From Candidatus Krumholzibacteriota bacterium (GTDB lineage: Bacteria; Krumholzibacteriota; Krumholzibacteriia; JAJRXK01): a stretch of 64,000 nucleotides of DNA. Shown piece by piece: positions 9,699-20,432 of this stretch; position 1 is the first letter of the stretch, and the number at the start of each line of letters is the position of its first letter. The notes below the pieces were generated by a model, which was not told the origin of the DNA, did not search any database, and saw nothing but the letters and a program-made list of their open reading frames with translations. The position numbers were made by a program, and so were the translations under genes. Where the stretch lies: positions 800,001 through 864,000 of the forward strand of contig CAVXTH010000006.1 in the NCBI GenBank assembly GCA_963764625.1. The letters are read 5' to 3'.

Positions 9699-12512
9699 TC
9701 AGTGGATCAGAGTCACCGAAATCGCTTTGTAACGCGAGGGGGAAAGACGCGCCGAGTACATCCCTGACGCCAGGCGCCTGTTTGCATCGTCGGTGCCATC
9801 CCAGCTCACCAAGCCCAGACCGGCGGGAAAGAGCAGTCGGCGCAGTTTGCGTCCCCGTCGATCGTAGATCTCCAGCCAACGGTCCGAGCCAGCCGCATCG
9901 GCGACGAAGTTCACCCAGTCCGAAGCCGGATTCGGCTGCGCGCGAAACTCCTGCCCGGTGCCACGACTGCCCGCCGTTGCCAGCAGGATCTGCGTGCTAC
10001 TTCCCACGAACGCCCCCACTTCCAGCACCGGCCACGAAGGTCGCGTGAAAAGGAACCGCGTCTCCCCGCTCGCATCCAGTCGTTGCGCCGCGCACAAGAG
10101 CTGCCAGTCCACGTCCGGCGGCATCCTGGCCCAGAGAGACGCGCTGAGACTGTCGGGTGCCGGCGTCACGCGCAGCAGGGCCTCGTTGGCCGAGGGAAGC
10201 GAAAGGAGCGCCTCGGCGGGCGTCTCTCCCACCCTAGCGCCGGCCAGGCTCCACCCTCCCGCCGTGTCCCGGATGACCCCGTCGGCGTCGCTGGCGAAGC
10301 GGAAGCGCAGGCGCAGGGGCAAGGGACTCGGGGGAAGGAGGGCCTCCTGGGCCCTCCAGGCGCTGCTGGTGCCGCCGAAGCCCACGAGACCGCTGGTGGC
10401 GGCCCGGCTCAGAGGCACGATCACGGTGGCGTCGGGCCCTAGGGGCGTGAGCACGCGCCACCGGTCGCCGGGGCTCTGGACCTCGACCACGCCCCCATCC
10501 CAGGCCTCTCCTGGAAGGGAGGCCTCGCTGTGCACCCGCGACCAGAAGCGCAGGATGGAATCCGCGGGCGACTGCACCGCGATCCAGGGCGAAACCAGCT
10601 GCAGCTCGCAGCAGTCGCCGTAGGCATAGTCTTGCGTGGTGTTCACGCTCCAGCCGCTGAGCCCGAGCTCGGGAGTTTGGCTGGGGCTCAGGGGAGTGAA
10701 CTCCGTCGCGGGGAGCCCCGGCGCGAGGACCTCGGCCTGCCAGCGCACGAACGAGGACGCGGCCAGACCGCCCCCGGCCAGCAGAGGAATCCCCCCTTCG
10801 ATGGTTTGGCTCTCTGCGTTCACCTCCAGCTCGAGGCGAAACGAGGCGTCCAGCGCGGAGGTCTGCATCGGGGCGTCCAGCACGATGGTTTGCCGCAAGA
10901 CGTAGCCCTTTGCCCCCGGGTCAAGCGCGACCCAGTCCAGAGTGGAAGCGCTCAGCCCCTCGCCAAGCGAGAGGATCCGAACCCGGGCCGAAGAGATCAT
11001 GGCCAGGCTCGTCGGCAGGAACCGCAGTTGCCAGACTCGACTGCTTCCCGGGGCCAGACCGACGCGTCCGTCCTCGAAGCGAGCGTCGACGAGTTCCAGT
11101 CCGGCGCGCGCGCTCTTCTCCAGCTGGAGGGTGAAGCGGTGCAGACTCGCAGCAGAGACGCGGATGCGCGGGGGCGCCTTCAGAGGCGAGGGGGCCTGCG
11201 ACTCGCTCGAGGGAAGCGTATTCGGACCCAATTCGAAATTGCCAGAACTCTCACCGTAGACGTCGGTTGCATCTCCTTGATTCACGTGATTCTCGAGGTC
11301 TTGACGGCCGTCCGCCTGGAGCAGCTGCACCACGGGGAACTCCGCCCCGGCGCAGCTTCGCCCATCCTCGTCGACTCGATAGATCAAGACGCCCTCTCCG
11401 GGGAGCGCCCCATCGCGGGGCGTGAGCTGCGCCGCGCGGGCTTCCACCAGAAACCGCTCCCGCCCCCACTCCGCTCCGGGTGCCAAGGCCACATAACGCG
11501 ACGGAGCGGCCACTGCATCGAGCTGCACCTCGCGGGTCGAGTCCACTGGCAACTCCTCCCCCCAACCCAGGAGGGAGCGCGAGTAGGCATCGAGTCCGGT
11601 CGGGTCATATCCCGCACCGCCCCAGGTTCCGGTTGCCATGAGCGACCAGAGGCCCAAGCCGCCGCTGGCGTACCCGTCCCCCGTCTGGTCGGCGGGAAGG
11701 TTCAGATCGTAGAGGTCGACCAGGCCCAGGAGATGACCCGCCTCGTGCACCAGAATTCCCAGGGGGTCCAGCGCGGACGCGAGCGCGAAGGGATCCGCGC
11801 CGACTCCACACTCCTGCAGGACGACGCTTTGGTCCATGCGATCCTGCAGCGCCATCATGCCGTTCTCCTCCACCTGGATTTCGATTCCCCGGTCGGGATG
11901 CAACACGATGAGGTAGTCGATGAGACCGTCGTCATCCCCGCTGCCGGGAATCCCGTCGGGGCCATCGTCGTCGAAATCCCACCAGGGTCCCAAGAGCGGC
12001 GCCGCCGCGCACACCGCGTCCTCAGCCAGGCGACGGCTCCCCACGAGTCGTGGCCGCCCTTGAAAGACGTTCTGGTAGAAGGACCGAGACTGCGGCAGGC
12101 GGATCCAAGGCAGGACGCGACCGCGCGGAATCAGCCGCCCGCCGCTCACTTCCTGCCAGTACCGGGTGAAGGAGGATTCGCGCTGGGAATCGAAGAAGCG
12201 CGCCGTGAGTTCTTGCTGCGAGACCGGTCCCTGCTGCGGACCGTCCGCGTAGAGTACCGGAATCACGAGAAAATTCCGCTCGGGATGGGCGGACGCCTTG
12301 CCCGCGTTCGTTCCGGGCGATTCCAGACGCAGATGCGAGGGCTCCTTCAACTGCCGGTCGCGCAGCTCCAGCAGAGCGCGCGCGAATTCGTCTCGCTGAA
12401 TCCTCGCGTCCTTCCAGACCGCATGGCCGGGACCGAACACGCTGGCTTGGGCTGGAAGCGCGAGCAAGAACCAGACAGCGATGAGTAGCCAATCACGGAG
12501 GCGAGATCTCAT
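9699..12512 (-). CDS. Secreted M6 family (immune inhibitor A-like) metalloprotease with FlgD/T9SS-like C-terminal domain
   Basis: HEAGHLLGLVDLY (HExxHxxGxxD), WSLMATG Met-turn, C-terminal PNP...WDGTDD...SGMY. Start moved to ATG 12512 (GAGG RBS, signal peptide). Confidence 0.85.
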   Translation of the reverse strand: MRSRLRDWLLIAVWFLLALPAQASVFGPGHAVWKDARIQRDEFARALLELRDRQLKEPSHLRLESPGTNAGKASAHPERNFLVIPVLYADGPQQGPVSQQELTARFFDSQRESSFTRYWQEVSGGRLIPRGRVLPWIRLPQSRSFYQNVFQGRPRLVGSRRLAEDAVCAAAPLLGPWWDFDDDGPDGIPGSGDDDGLIDYLIVLHPDRGIEIQVEENGMMALQDRMDQSVVLQECGVGADPFALASALDPLGILVHEAGHLLGLVDLYDLNLPADQTGDGYASGGLGLWSLMATGTWGGAGYDPTGLDAYSRSLLGWGEELPVDSTREVQLDAVAAPSRYVALAPGAEWGRERFLVEARAAQLTPRDGALPGEGVLIYRVDEDGRSCAGAEFPVVQLLQADGRQDLENHVNQGDATDVYGESSGNFELGPNTLPSSESQAPSPLKAPPRIRVSAASLHRFTLQLEKSARAGLELVDARFEDGRVGLAPGSSRVWQLRFLPTSLAMISSARVRILSLGEGLSASTLDWVALDPGAKGYVLRQTIVLDAPMQTSALDASFRLELEVNAESQTIEGGIPLLAGGGLAASSFVRWQAEVLAPGLPATEFTPLSPSQTPELGLSGWSVNTTQDYAYGDCCELQLVSPWIAVQSPADSILRFWSRVHSEASLPGEAWDGGVVEVQSPGDRWRVLTPLGPDATVIVPLSRAATSGLVGFGGTSSAWRAQEALLPPSPLPLRLRFRFASDADGVIRDTAGGWSLAGARVGETPAEALLSLPSANEALLRVTPAPDSLSASLWARMPPDVDWQLLCAAQRLDASGETRFLFTRPSWPVLEVGAFVGSSTQILLATAGSRGTGQEFRAQPNPASDWVNFVADAAGSDRWLEIYDRRGRKLRRLLFPAGLGLVSWDGTDDANRRLASGMYSARLSPSRYKAISVTLIH

Positions 12513-12576
12513 GAATCCTCGGCCGGGCAAGACGTCCTTCGGTAAATATAACGAAGGGGTTCCGCCGGGATCAAAC

Positions 12577-14119
12577 TCACTCCCATTCGATCGTCGAGGG
12601 GGGCTTGGAGGAAATGTCGTAGACCACGCGATTGATGCCGCGCACCTCACGCACGATCCGGCTGCTCACGCGCGCCAAAACCTCGTCGGGAATCCGCGCC
12701 CAGTCGGCGGTCATGGCATCCACGCTGGTCACGGCTCGCAGCGCCACCACGCTCTCGTAGCTTCGTGCGTCGCCCATGACACCCACGCTCTTGAGCGGCA
12801 GAAGGACTGCTCCCGCCTGCCAGATGCGATCGTAGAGACCGCTCCGGCGCAACTCCTCGATGAAGATCGCGTCGGCCTGACGCAACAGAACGAGGCGCTC
12901 TTCGTTCACCTCCCCCAGGCAGCGCACCGCGAGTCCGGGGCCGGGAAAGGGATGACGGGTGAGAAGTTCGGAGCTGATGTTCAGTTGGGCGCCGATGGCC
13001 CGCACTTCGTCCTTGAAGAGTTCGGCCAGAGGTTCGATGAGTTTGAATCCCAGGCGCTCAGGAAGTCCTCCCACGTTGTGATGGGTCTTGATCACGTGGC
13101 TCGGTCCCCGCACCGAGAGGCTCTCGATGCGATCGGGATAGAGCGTACCCTGCGCGAGAAACTTGAACGGCCCCAGACGTTTCGCCGCTTCCTCGAAGAC
13201 CTCGATGAAGGTGTGCCCGATGATGGTCCGTTTTTCCTCCGGATCGCAGACGCCCTTTCAGCTTCTGAAGGAAGGGGACGCGCGCGTCGATCACTTCGAG
13301 CCGGTGGTGCAAGAGGGCGCCCAGACGTTCGACGACTCTCGCGGCCTCGCCCTGCCTGAGAAGTCCGTTGTCCACGAAGACCGGAGTCAGCTGAGCGCCC
13401 ACCGCGCGCTCGACGAGGACGGCCATCACCGTGGAATCGACGCCCCCGCTCACCGCGCAGAGAATGCGGTCCTCCCCCACCCTTGCGCGGATCGAGGCGA
13501 TCTCCTCCTCGATGAACGAACCCCGGTCCCATCCTTCCTCGACTCTGCAGATCGTGCGGACGAAGTTCTCCAGGATGTGCATTCCGTACTGGGTGTGACT
13601 CACTTCGGGATGGAACTGCAGACCGTAGAGTCCGCGCAGCTCGTCCGCCATGGCCGCGATCACTCCGTCCTCGGTGCGTGCCGTGATCTTGAAGCCTTCG
13701 GGTACGCGCGTCACTTGATCGCCGTGGCTCATCCATACGTTCTGGAGCGCGGGGGTGGAGTGGAAGAGCCGGCTTTGGACTTCGATCACCAGGCGAGCGT
13801 CTCCGTACTCGCGGCCCCTTGCTTCCTCGACCGTTCCTCGAAGTTCCAGGGCCATGAGTTGCATACCGTAACAGATGCCCAGGACCGGCTTCCCCAAATG
13901 CAGAAGCTCCTTGCCGATTCCTGGCGCCTCCGCTTCGTTCACGCTCGAGGGACCACCGGAGAGGATGATTCCGGCCAGATCCCCCCGGTCCTGCAGTTGT
14001 CGGCTCATGCTGGGGGTGATGAGTTCGCTGAACGCACCCAGCTCGCGCAAGCGCCGCGTGATCAACTGGCTGTATTGGGAACCGAAGTCCACGACCACTA
14101 TGGTGGGCCGGTGGCTCAT
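12577..14119 (-). CDS. guaA: GMP synthase (glutamine-hydrolysing), split by an apparent 1-nt insertion at ~13253-13258
   Basis: DFGSQY, GICYGMQ and SGGVDS in the 5' ORF; IKTHHNVGG and KPPSTIEWE in the 3' ORF. Removing one base from CTGAAAGGGCGTC restores [14 protein letters not shown]. Confidence 0.93.
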
Positions 14120-14132
14120 TCCTCTTCCTTTC

Positions 14133-15641
14133 TCAGTGACGAAAGTGCCTTACTGCGGTGTGAAAGAGGCTCACGCCCAAATCCTGCGCCACCTCCACCA
14201 CTTCGGTGTCGCGAATGGACCCACCCGGCTGCACGATGGTCGCCACTCCCGCTTGCGCCAAGACGGTCAGTCCGTCGGGGAAGGGAAAGAAGGCGTCGCT
14301 GGCCGCGGCGCACCCGGCGAGGGTGAGCTGAGCGTCCTTGGCCTTGCGAATGGCCAAGTGACATGAATCGACGCGGCTCATCTGCCCCGCTCCGACGCCC
14401 AAGGTTCCCGACGAGTTCGCGAGCACGATTGCGTTGCTCTTGACGTGCTTGGCCACGATCCAGGCCAGCCGCGCTGCGGCGATCATTTCGTCATCGGGCA
14501 AGGGTCCGGCCACGTGCTGCCAGCGCTGCAATTCCGGAAAGCCCTCGTCCTCCTCCTGGCGAAGCACCAGCCGCCCCCATCGACGCGTCGCGCCCTGACT
14601 GCTCACACCAAAGCGCTGATAATCGACGCTCAGAACGCGCAGATTCTTCTTCTTGGCCAGAAGCTCTCTCGCCTCTTCGTCAAAGGACGGCGCGGCCACC
14701 ACTTCCAGGAACATCTCCTTCAAGCGCGCCGCCGCCTCAGCATCGACCGCGCGGCGGAACACCACGATTCCTCCGAACGCAGAAACCGGATCGGTGGCGA
14801 GGGCGCGTTCGAAGGCGGTACGTGGCGAGTCCCCCAGTCCCACTCCACAGGGGTTGGTGTGTTTGAGAATCGCGCAGGCATGGTCCGGCAGATCGGCGGC
14901 GAGCTTCAATGCCGCCACCAGATCGACGAGATTGTTGTAGCTGAGTTCCTTGCCTCCGTGCAGCGTGAGACCCAGCTCGTGAAGATCACCCCCGCCGTCA
15001 ATACTCCACCAGGCGCGCTGGTGCGGATTCTCTCCATAGCGCAGAGCCCGCTCGTTCTCCTTTAGCTTTTCCTCGGCGAAGAACTCGCGCGCGATCATCT
15101 CGTCGTAGCGTGAGGTGAGGCGAAACACGCGCTCCGCCATGCGGCGGCGAAACTTGAGACAACTGCTCCCTTCGTGCCGCTCCATCTCCTGCACGAACTT
15201 GGGGTAGGACGCGGGGTCGCACAGAACCGTCACCCGCTGGAAGTTCTTCGCCGCGGCGCGAAGAAGCGTAGGCCCCCCGATGTCGATCGCCTCCACTAAC
15301 TCCTCTTCACTCGCGTCCCGATTCGTCGCACCCTGGAAGTCGTAGAGGTTCACCACCACCACGTCGATGGCGGCGAAACCCGTGTTCTGCAGATCGGCTT
15401 CTTCTTTGGCCAAGATTCCGGCCGCGATCGCGGGGTGGAGGGTCTTGACTCTCCCCTGCAGGATCTCGGGTTGACCGGTGTAGTCGGCGACCTCGGTGAC
15501 GCTAAGCCCCGCCTCGCGCAAACACCGCGCGGTGCCCCCACTGGCCAGCAACTCGTAGCCGTTTTCGACCAGGGCTTTTCCCAAGGGCTTGAGTCCGCTC
15601 TTGTCGGTCACGCTCAAGAGCGCTCTCGCTCTGTGCTTCAA
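14133..15641 (-). CDS. purH: Bifunctional AICAR transformylase/IMP cyclohydrolase
   Basis: ALLSVTDK, GRVKTLHP, IDIGGPT, LRYGENPHQ, SDAFFPF and RHFRH motifs; TTG start overlaps the purC stop. Confidence 0.96.
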   Translation of the reverse strand: MKHRARALLSVTDKSGLKPLGKALVENGYELLASGGTARCLREAGLSVTEVADYTGQPEILQGRVKTLHPAIAAGILAKEEADLQNTGFAAIDVVVVNLYDFQGATNRDASEEELVEAIDIGGPTLLRAAAKNFQRVTVLCDPASYPKFVQEMERHEGSSCLKFRRRMAERVFRLTSRYDEMIAREFFAEEKLKENERALRYGENPHQRAWWSIDGGGDLHELGLTLHGGKELSYNNLVDLVAALKLAADLPDHACAILKHTNPCGVGLGDSPRTAFERALATDPVSAFGGIVVFRRAVDAEAAARLKEMFLEVVAAPSFDEEARELLAKKKNLRVLSVDYQRFGVSSQGATRRWGRLVLRQEEDEGFPELQRWQHVAGPLPDDEMIAAARLAWIVAKHVKSNAIVLANSSGTLGVGAGQMSRVDSCHLAIRKAKDAQLTLAGCAAASDAFFPFPDGLTVLAQAGVATIVQPGGSIRDTEVVEVAQDLGVSLFHTAVRHFRH

Positions 15642-16549
15642 GCTACACACTCCCGGGCACGCTCAGGGAAGAGACGGGTGAAGATCTCGAGGTAGGCGTC
15701 GTAGGTGTGCTCCAGAATCGAAGGAGTGAGCTCAGGAGCCGGTGGGGTCTTGTCCCAATCCAGGGTCGCCAGATGATTGCGGAGCACTTGTTTGTCCATG
15801 CTGTCCTGTTCGCGCCCGGGCTCGTACTTCTGCGCATCCCAGTAGCGCGAGGAATCGGGAGTCAAGAGTTCGTCGACCAGGATCAAGTCCCCGTTGACGA
15901 ATCCGAATTCGAACTTGGTGTCGGCGATGAGGATTCCCCGCTCGGCCGCCATGCGGCTGGCCTTCTCGTAGATCGCCAGACTCTCGCGCCGAATTTCCTC
16001 GTAGGCGCGATCGCCCAGGATTTCGCGGGCGCGCTTCTCGTCGATGTTCTCGTCGTGCCCGCTCTTGGCCTTGGTGGCCGGGGTGAACAGGGGCGTCGCG
16101 AACTTCTGCCCGTTCACCATGCCAGAGGGAAGTCGATGGCCGCACACCGCCCCCGTCGCCTGGTAGTCGCGCAGGCCGCTGCCGGCCAGATAGCCGCGCA
16201 CCACCGCCTCCAGCTCGGGCTGCTCGGCCCGCTTGACCAGCATCACCCGGCCGTGCAGGCGATCGGCGTGGCGCCGGAAGGGTTCGGGTAGATCCTCAGC
16301 ATTCGCGTGGATTAGATGGTGATGCAGAGAGTTCCCGAAGTACTCGTACCAGGCGAGGGTCATCTGGGTGAGGATGACGCCGCGTCCGGGCACCGGTTCG
16401 TTCATGATGACGTCGAAGGCGCTGATCCGGTCGGTGGCGACCAGAAGAAGGTTCTCACCGAGCTCGAAGATCTCGCGAACCTTTCCACGAGTATCCGGCG
16501 AAAGTCCGAGCTCGTCGCAACGGACCAGGGTCGGAAACGGACTTTTCAT
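15638..16549 (-). CDS. purC: SAICAR synthase
   Basis: RGKVRE, TDRISAFD, DTKFEFG and DELLTPDSSRYW motifs; start trimmed to ATG 16549. Confidence 0.95.
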   Translation of the reverse strand: MKSPFPTLVRCDELGLSPDTRGKVREIFELGENLLLVATDRISAFDVIMNEPVPGRGVILTQMTLAWYEYFGNSLHHHLIHANAEDLPEPFRRHADRLHGRVMLVKRAEQPELEAVVRGYLAGSGLRDYQATGAVCGHRLPSGMVNGQKFATPLFTPATKAKSGHDENIDEKRAREILGDRAYEEIRRESLAIYEKASRMAAERGILIADTKFEFGFVNGDLILVDELLTPDSSRYWDAQKYEPGREQDSMDKQVLRNHLATLDWDKTPPAPELTPSILEHTYDAYLEIFTRLFPERARECVA

Positions 16550-16620
16550 CGAATTTGCTCTTCCCATTGGGCCGGGGAATTTCGCGCGCGGCGGCAGCAT
16601 AAGGCCGTGCTCCGGCAGCG

Positions 16621-18918
16621 TCAAGGCGCCGCGCGAACTCGCAGAAGTCGCACCCCCGCCGCGCTCCAGGCCACACCCACCGCGCCGTCGCGGTCGGTGC
16701 GCAACACCGTCCAGCCCTGCGCGCGCAGGACCTCCAGGGTGGCGGCATGAGGATGGTGGTAGCGGTTTTGCACGCCACAGGAGATCAGCGCCACGCCACG
16801 GCCCAGGCGCCGCAAGAGATGCGCGGAGGTGCCGGTCTTCGATCCGTGATGGGCCACCTTCAACACTCCGCAGCGCAGCGAGTCTCCAAAGGCCAGAAGC
16901 TTTCGTTCCGCCTCCAACTCGAGATCCCCGGTCCACAGCATCGGCGCGGTAGAGGGACCGCCTCGCAGGACCACACTGCGGTCGTTGAAGGCGAGCGTTT
17001 GGGCCGACGGCACCGGCCACAGACACGCGAGCTTCCATCCGCCCACCCTCAGGGTGTCACCGCGGGCGATCCAGTGCGTGCGCACTTCCGCTGCGCGCGC
17101 CGCCTCCAGCAGGGGCCGGGTCCAGGAGCGTTCCCGTTCGACGAGGCCAAGATAGAGATCGCTCACCCGATGAGACCGCAGGAGAAAAACCGCGCCTCCG
17201 TAGTGATCGCGATGGCCGTGGGTCACGAGCAGCGCCACCCCCCGGAGATTGCGGCGCGCCAGATAGGGCAGGATGACCCGTTCCGGTCCGCCGTGGAAGG
17301 GGCCGTTGCCGCAGTCGATGACGAGACAGCTCCCCCGTCCGACGCGTAGCACACCCCCGTCTCCCTGCCCCACGTCCAGACTCCACCATCGCTCGCCCGG
17401 ACAGACCAGCACCCGGGCGTGCACAAGCACCAGCAGACCCAGGACAAGCCCGAGCCGCCGCCGAGCCGAGACACCCAGATCGGGAAGGAGCGCCAGCCCC
17501 AATGCCCCCAGCGCTGCCGCCCAGGCCCAGCCGTGCAGACCGGGGTGGCCCAGCGCCCCCGGATCGAGGCCTTCCAAGCTTCTCAGAACATACCCGAAGA
17601 CATGGCTCAAAAGCGCTAACACTGAAAGTGTTAGAGGGGCTAGCGCTGGCAACAGGACGGCGCTGGTCACCAAGAGCAGTCCCGCCGTCATGAGAGCGGC
17701 GAAGAGGGGCCCCACCGCGAGGTTCCACAGCGGAGCCGCCCAGGGCAGGCGGCCGAACACACCCAGGGTCCAGGGCAGGGTTCCCAGCGGCGCCACCGTC
17801 ACCGCCACCACCGCGGCCAGGACAAGGTGGCGCGGCAGTCGTGACGCCACCCTCAGGAGCGCGAGGGTCGCGGCGTAGCTCAGCCACCACCCCAGGGAGG
17901 TGACGCTAACCGGACGCGCCACGAGCTCCAGAACGCCGGCCGCCGCGAGTGCGTCGACCGGCCGACGCGGGCGACCTACCCTCCGCCCTCCCATCAACCA
18001 GGCCAGAATCGCCACCGCCCGCACGAGAGAAGGTGACAGTCCGGCCGCGAGTGCCCACGCAACGAGAGGCAGAAGAATCCAGGCGCGCGCGTCCTGCCGA
18101 CTCCTTCCACTCATCCGCAGAAGAAGGAATGCCACCAAGCCCACGTGCAGACCACTCAGGGCCAGCATGTGCGCCAGTCCCAGTTTCGCGAAACGCTCGC
18201 GCGCCGCTTGACTCAGGCCGGAACGATCGCCCAGGAGCAGTGCGCACCAGAGCGCGCTTCCCGCACCCATCCGCTCCTGCAGAAGCGCGCGCAATCGACT
18301 CCGCAACCAGCGGCGCGGACCGGGGCGTGGCGCGTGCGGGGGCGCGTGCCACGAAGGGGGCAAAAGGAATTTCACCCGCAGGATCGGCGGGCGGGAGAGC
18401 CCGGCGCGCAGGCGATCGGAGTCGTCGGGATTCCTGCGGCCCGGGGGAATCCAGCTCCGCAGCCGCACGCAGGTCTGCGCGCCCACCCGAGCCGCACCGA
18501 GCGAACTCGCCACCGCCCGCACCGCGGGTCGTCCAGCGGCGCGCAGCCACACGACCCCGCGCCCCGTTTCGTTCTCTTCGACCTGAACCCGGGCGATGCC
18601 TTCCCATGGGTCCCACGCGCGCAGGCGCGCCAACTCGAGCCGCAAGCGCAGCCCTCCTCCCACTCCGAGCAGGATTCCCCACAGGAGAAGCGCGCGCCGG
18701 GATCTCTCGCGCAGCCCCAGCCCGCACCACGCGGCCGCCGCCAGTCCGCGCGCGCAGAGATCGACCTGCGGACCGGCGAGCGCCTGCCCGAAGAGGATCG
18801 AAAGGAGAAGGCACCACAGAGGATGCACGCACCAACACCGGCGCGGCCGGCCCGAAGAGGCGAGACCCGGGAGAGGGGAAGACGGCGAAAGAGGCGAAGG
18901 GAGTGCGGGGAGAATCAA
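16621..18918 (-). CDS. comEC: ComEC/Rec2 competence protein
   Basis: AHMLALSGLHVG, multiple TM segments, MBL-fold motifs LDVGQGD, THGHRDHYGG, KVAHHGS, YHHP, RTD; start uncertain. Confidence 0.9.
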   Translation of the reverse strand: MILPALPSPLSPSSPLPGLASSGRPRRCWCVHPLWCLLLSILFGQALAGPQVDLCARGLAAAAWCGLGLRERSRRALLLWGILLGVGGGLRLRLELARLRAWDPWEGIARVQVEENETGRGVVWLRAAGRPAVRAVASSLGAARVGAQTCVRLRSWIPPGRRNPDDSDRLRAGLSRPPILRVKFLLPPSWHAPPHAPRPGPRRWLRSRLRALLQERMGAGSALWCALLLGDRSGLSQAARERFAKLGLAHMLALSGLHVGLVAFLLLRMSGRSRQDARAWILLPLVAWALAAGLSPSLVRAVAILAWLMGGRRVGRPRRPVDALAAAGVLELVARPVSVTSLGWWLSYAATLALLRVASRLPRHLVLAAVVAVTVAPLGTLPWTLGVFGRLPWAAPLWNLAVGPLFAALMTAGLLLVTSAVLLPALAPLTLSVLALLSHVFGYVLRSLEGLDPGALGHPGLHGWAWAAALGALGLALLPDLGVSARRRLGLVLGLLVLVHARVLVCPGERWWSLDVGQGDGGVLRVGRGSCLVIDCGNGPFHGGPERVILPYLARRNLRGVALLVTHGHRDHYGGAVFLLRSHRVSDLYLGLVERERSWTRPLLEAARAAEVRTHWIARGDTLRVGGWKLACLWPVPSAQTLAFNDRSVVLRGGPSTAPMLWTGDLELEAERKLLAFGDSLRCGVLKVAHHGSKTGTSAHLLRRLGRGVALISCGVQNRYHHPHAATLEVLRAQGWTVLRTDRDGAVGVAWSAAGVRLLRVRAAP

Positions 18919-18960
18919 ATCGAGCCGCGCGCGGCAAACGGTCGGTATGTGTTCAGGAAC

Positions 18961-20268
18961 TCAGGGGAGCTTACTCCCCCACGTGCGCACACAATTCCGG
19001 CCATCTTGCTTCGCCTGGTACATCGCGAGGTCTGCGCGGCGCAGAAGAACCCGTTCGTCCTCGGCGTGTTCGGGGAAGAGCGCGACGCCGATGCTCAGAC
19101 TGACCCGTAGCTTGACGCCACCCTCGAGACCGAGTTCGTTCGCCTGGACCGCGTGGCACAGTCGCTTGGCGGTGCGTCCCGCCTCGTCCAGGTCGGTTCC
19201 CGGGAGCAAAATCGTGAACTCCTCTCCCCCATAGCGAAACACGTAGTCGATACGGCGCAATTGCGCCACGAGCAGGGACGCGACGCTGCGCAGCACCATG
19301 TCTCCAATCTCGTGGCCAAATTCGTCGTTGATCGCCTTGAAGTGGTCGAGGTCAGCGAAGAGCAAGGCCAGGGGCACTCCCGAACGACGGCTGCGCTCCA
19401 TTTCCACCGAGAACTGACGATCGAAATAGCCGCGGTTGTGGACTCCGGTGAGAGGATCGTTGAACACGCGCCGTTGGCTGCGACCCACCGCCGCGATCAA
19501 GTCGCGCACTGCGCCGGCCGCCTCTTCGACCAGACCGGGTTCCACTCTCAGGTCGGCCCCCAAAGCGCCCACCAGCTGGTCCTCCAACCACATGGGATAC
19601 CAGCGCGAGCCCTGCGCCACGATCCCACCGCTCGCCTGCGCTCCCGCTTGCGCCCTTTCCAGCGTCAGACTCAAGCTGTCCTCGCGCGACGCGAGCTGCC
19701 AGCCTCGTCCCTGACCGAGTTGCCGGGGCAGGCGTTCCGCCCAGAGCAAGAGCCGCAAGCCGGGATCGTGGAGCGAGGTGCGCAGAGCGTGGAGGAGATT
19801 TTCCAGACTCGCGTCGAGTCCGAAGCTGATCCAGTCGCGCTGGTAGGTGCCGCGGATGGCGGCCAGGGTGACCGCGCCCACTGAAGACTCTGGGGGTCGC
19901 GGAGCGGGAACCGCCGGCGTCTCCTCTCGGGCGGTCCCCTTTGGGGGCGGCTGTTCCGATGGCGTGGCGGATGGCTGACCGGCCACGGCCTCTTCCGCTC
20001 GCAGAAGCGGCCGCAGGTCATAGGCGCGCCCGGACCCCTCGACCGCGTAGAGCACCACGTTCCGCGTTCCCTCACGCAGCCGGCCCACCGGGCGCAGGAC
20101 TCCCAGGGCACGCAATTCGCTCACTACGCGCATGGCGAGCGAGAAGAGTTCGCCTCCCTGCGCGAGAGCTTGCTCGACCTGCGTACGCAGACCGGTCCCA
20201 AGGCACTCCAGGGGCACCTCAGATTCGAGAAATCGCTTTAAGTCAACGCGTTGCAGCTGAGCCCTCAT
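18961..20268 (-). CDS. Diguanylate cyclase (GGDEF) with unknown N-terminal region and a degenerate GAF-like segment
   Basis: DPLTGVHNR, DLDHFKAIND and RYGGEEF motifs; RxxD I-site (RRID) five residues upstream of GGEEF. Confidence 0.9.
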   Translation of the reverse strand: MRAQLQRVDLKRFLESEVPLECLGTGLRTQVEQALAQGGELFSLAMRVVSELRALGVLRPVGRLREGTRNVVLYAVEGSGRAYDLRPLLRAEEAVAGQPSATPSEQPPPKGTAREETPAVPAPRPPESSVGAVTLAAIRGTYQRDWISFGLDASLENLLHALRTSLHDPGLRLLLWAERLPRQLGQGRGWQLASREDSLSLTLERAQAGAQASGGIVAQGSRWYPMWLEDQLVGALGADLRVEPGLVEEAAGAVRDLIAAVGRSQRRVFNDPLTGVHNRGYFDRQFSVEMERSRRSGVPLALLFADLDHFKAINDEFGHEIGDMVLRSVASLLVAQLRRIDYVFRYGGEEFTILLPGTDLDEAGRTAKRLCHAVQANELGLEGGVKLRVSLSIGVALFPEHAEDERVLLRRADLAMYQAKQDGRNCVRTWGSKLP

Positions 20269-20432
20269 GATGTCGATCCGGCGCGCTTCGAGGCGTCCCT
20301 CCCCACCTCCGTGATTCTACCACAGTCTGGATGGCCGCTTCGGCACAAAGCTTCCTTGCCCTGATGGCGTATGAAACCGTAGGGTGTCGCGAAGTCACCT
20401 TTTCAAACTCTTCTTCGACCTTACAGGGCACG

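Noticed and set aside
13250-13260. Programmed frameshift in guaA at AAAGGG
   Set aside because: Needs a +1 shift, shows no obvious stimulatory element, and three other unrelated indels point to sequence error
20340-20356. Sigma54-like site TCGGCACAAAGCTTCCT upstream of mltD, and TTGGCACG near 38325
   Set aside because: The -12 GC is absent and there is no independent support such as an IHF site or bounded transcript
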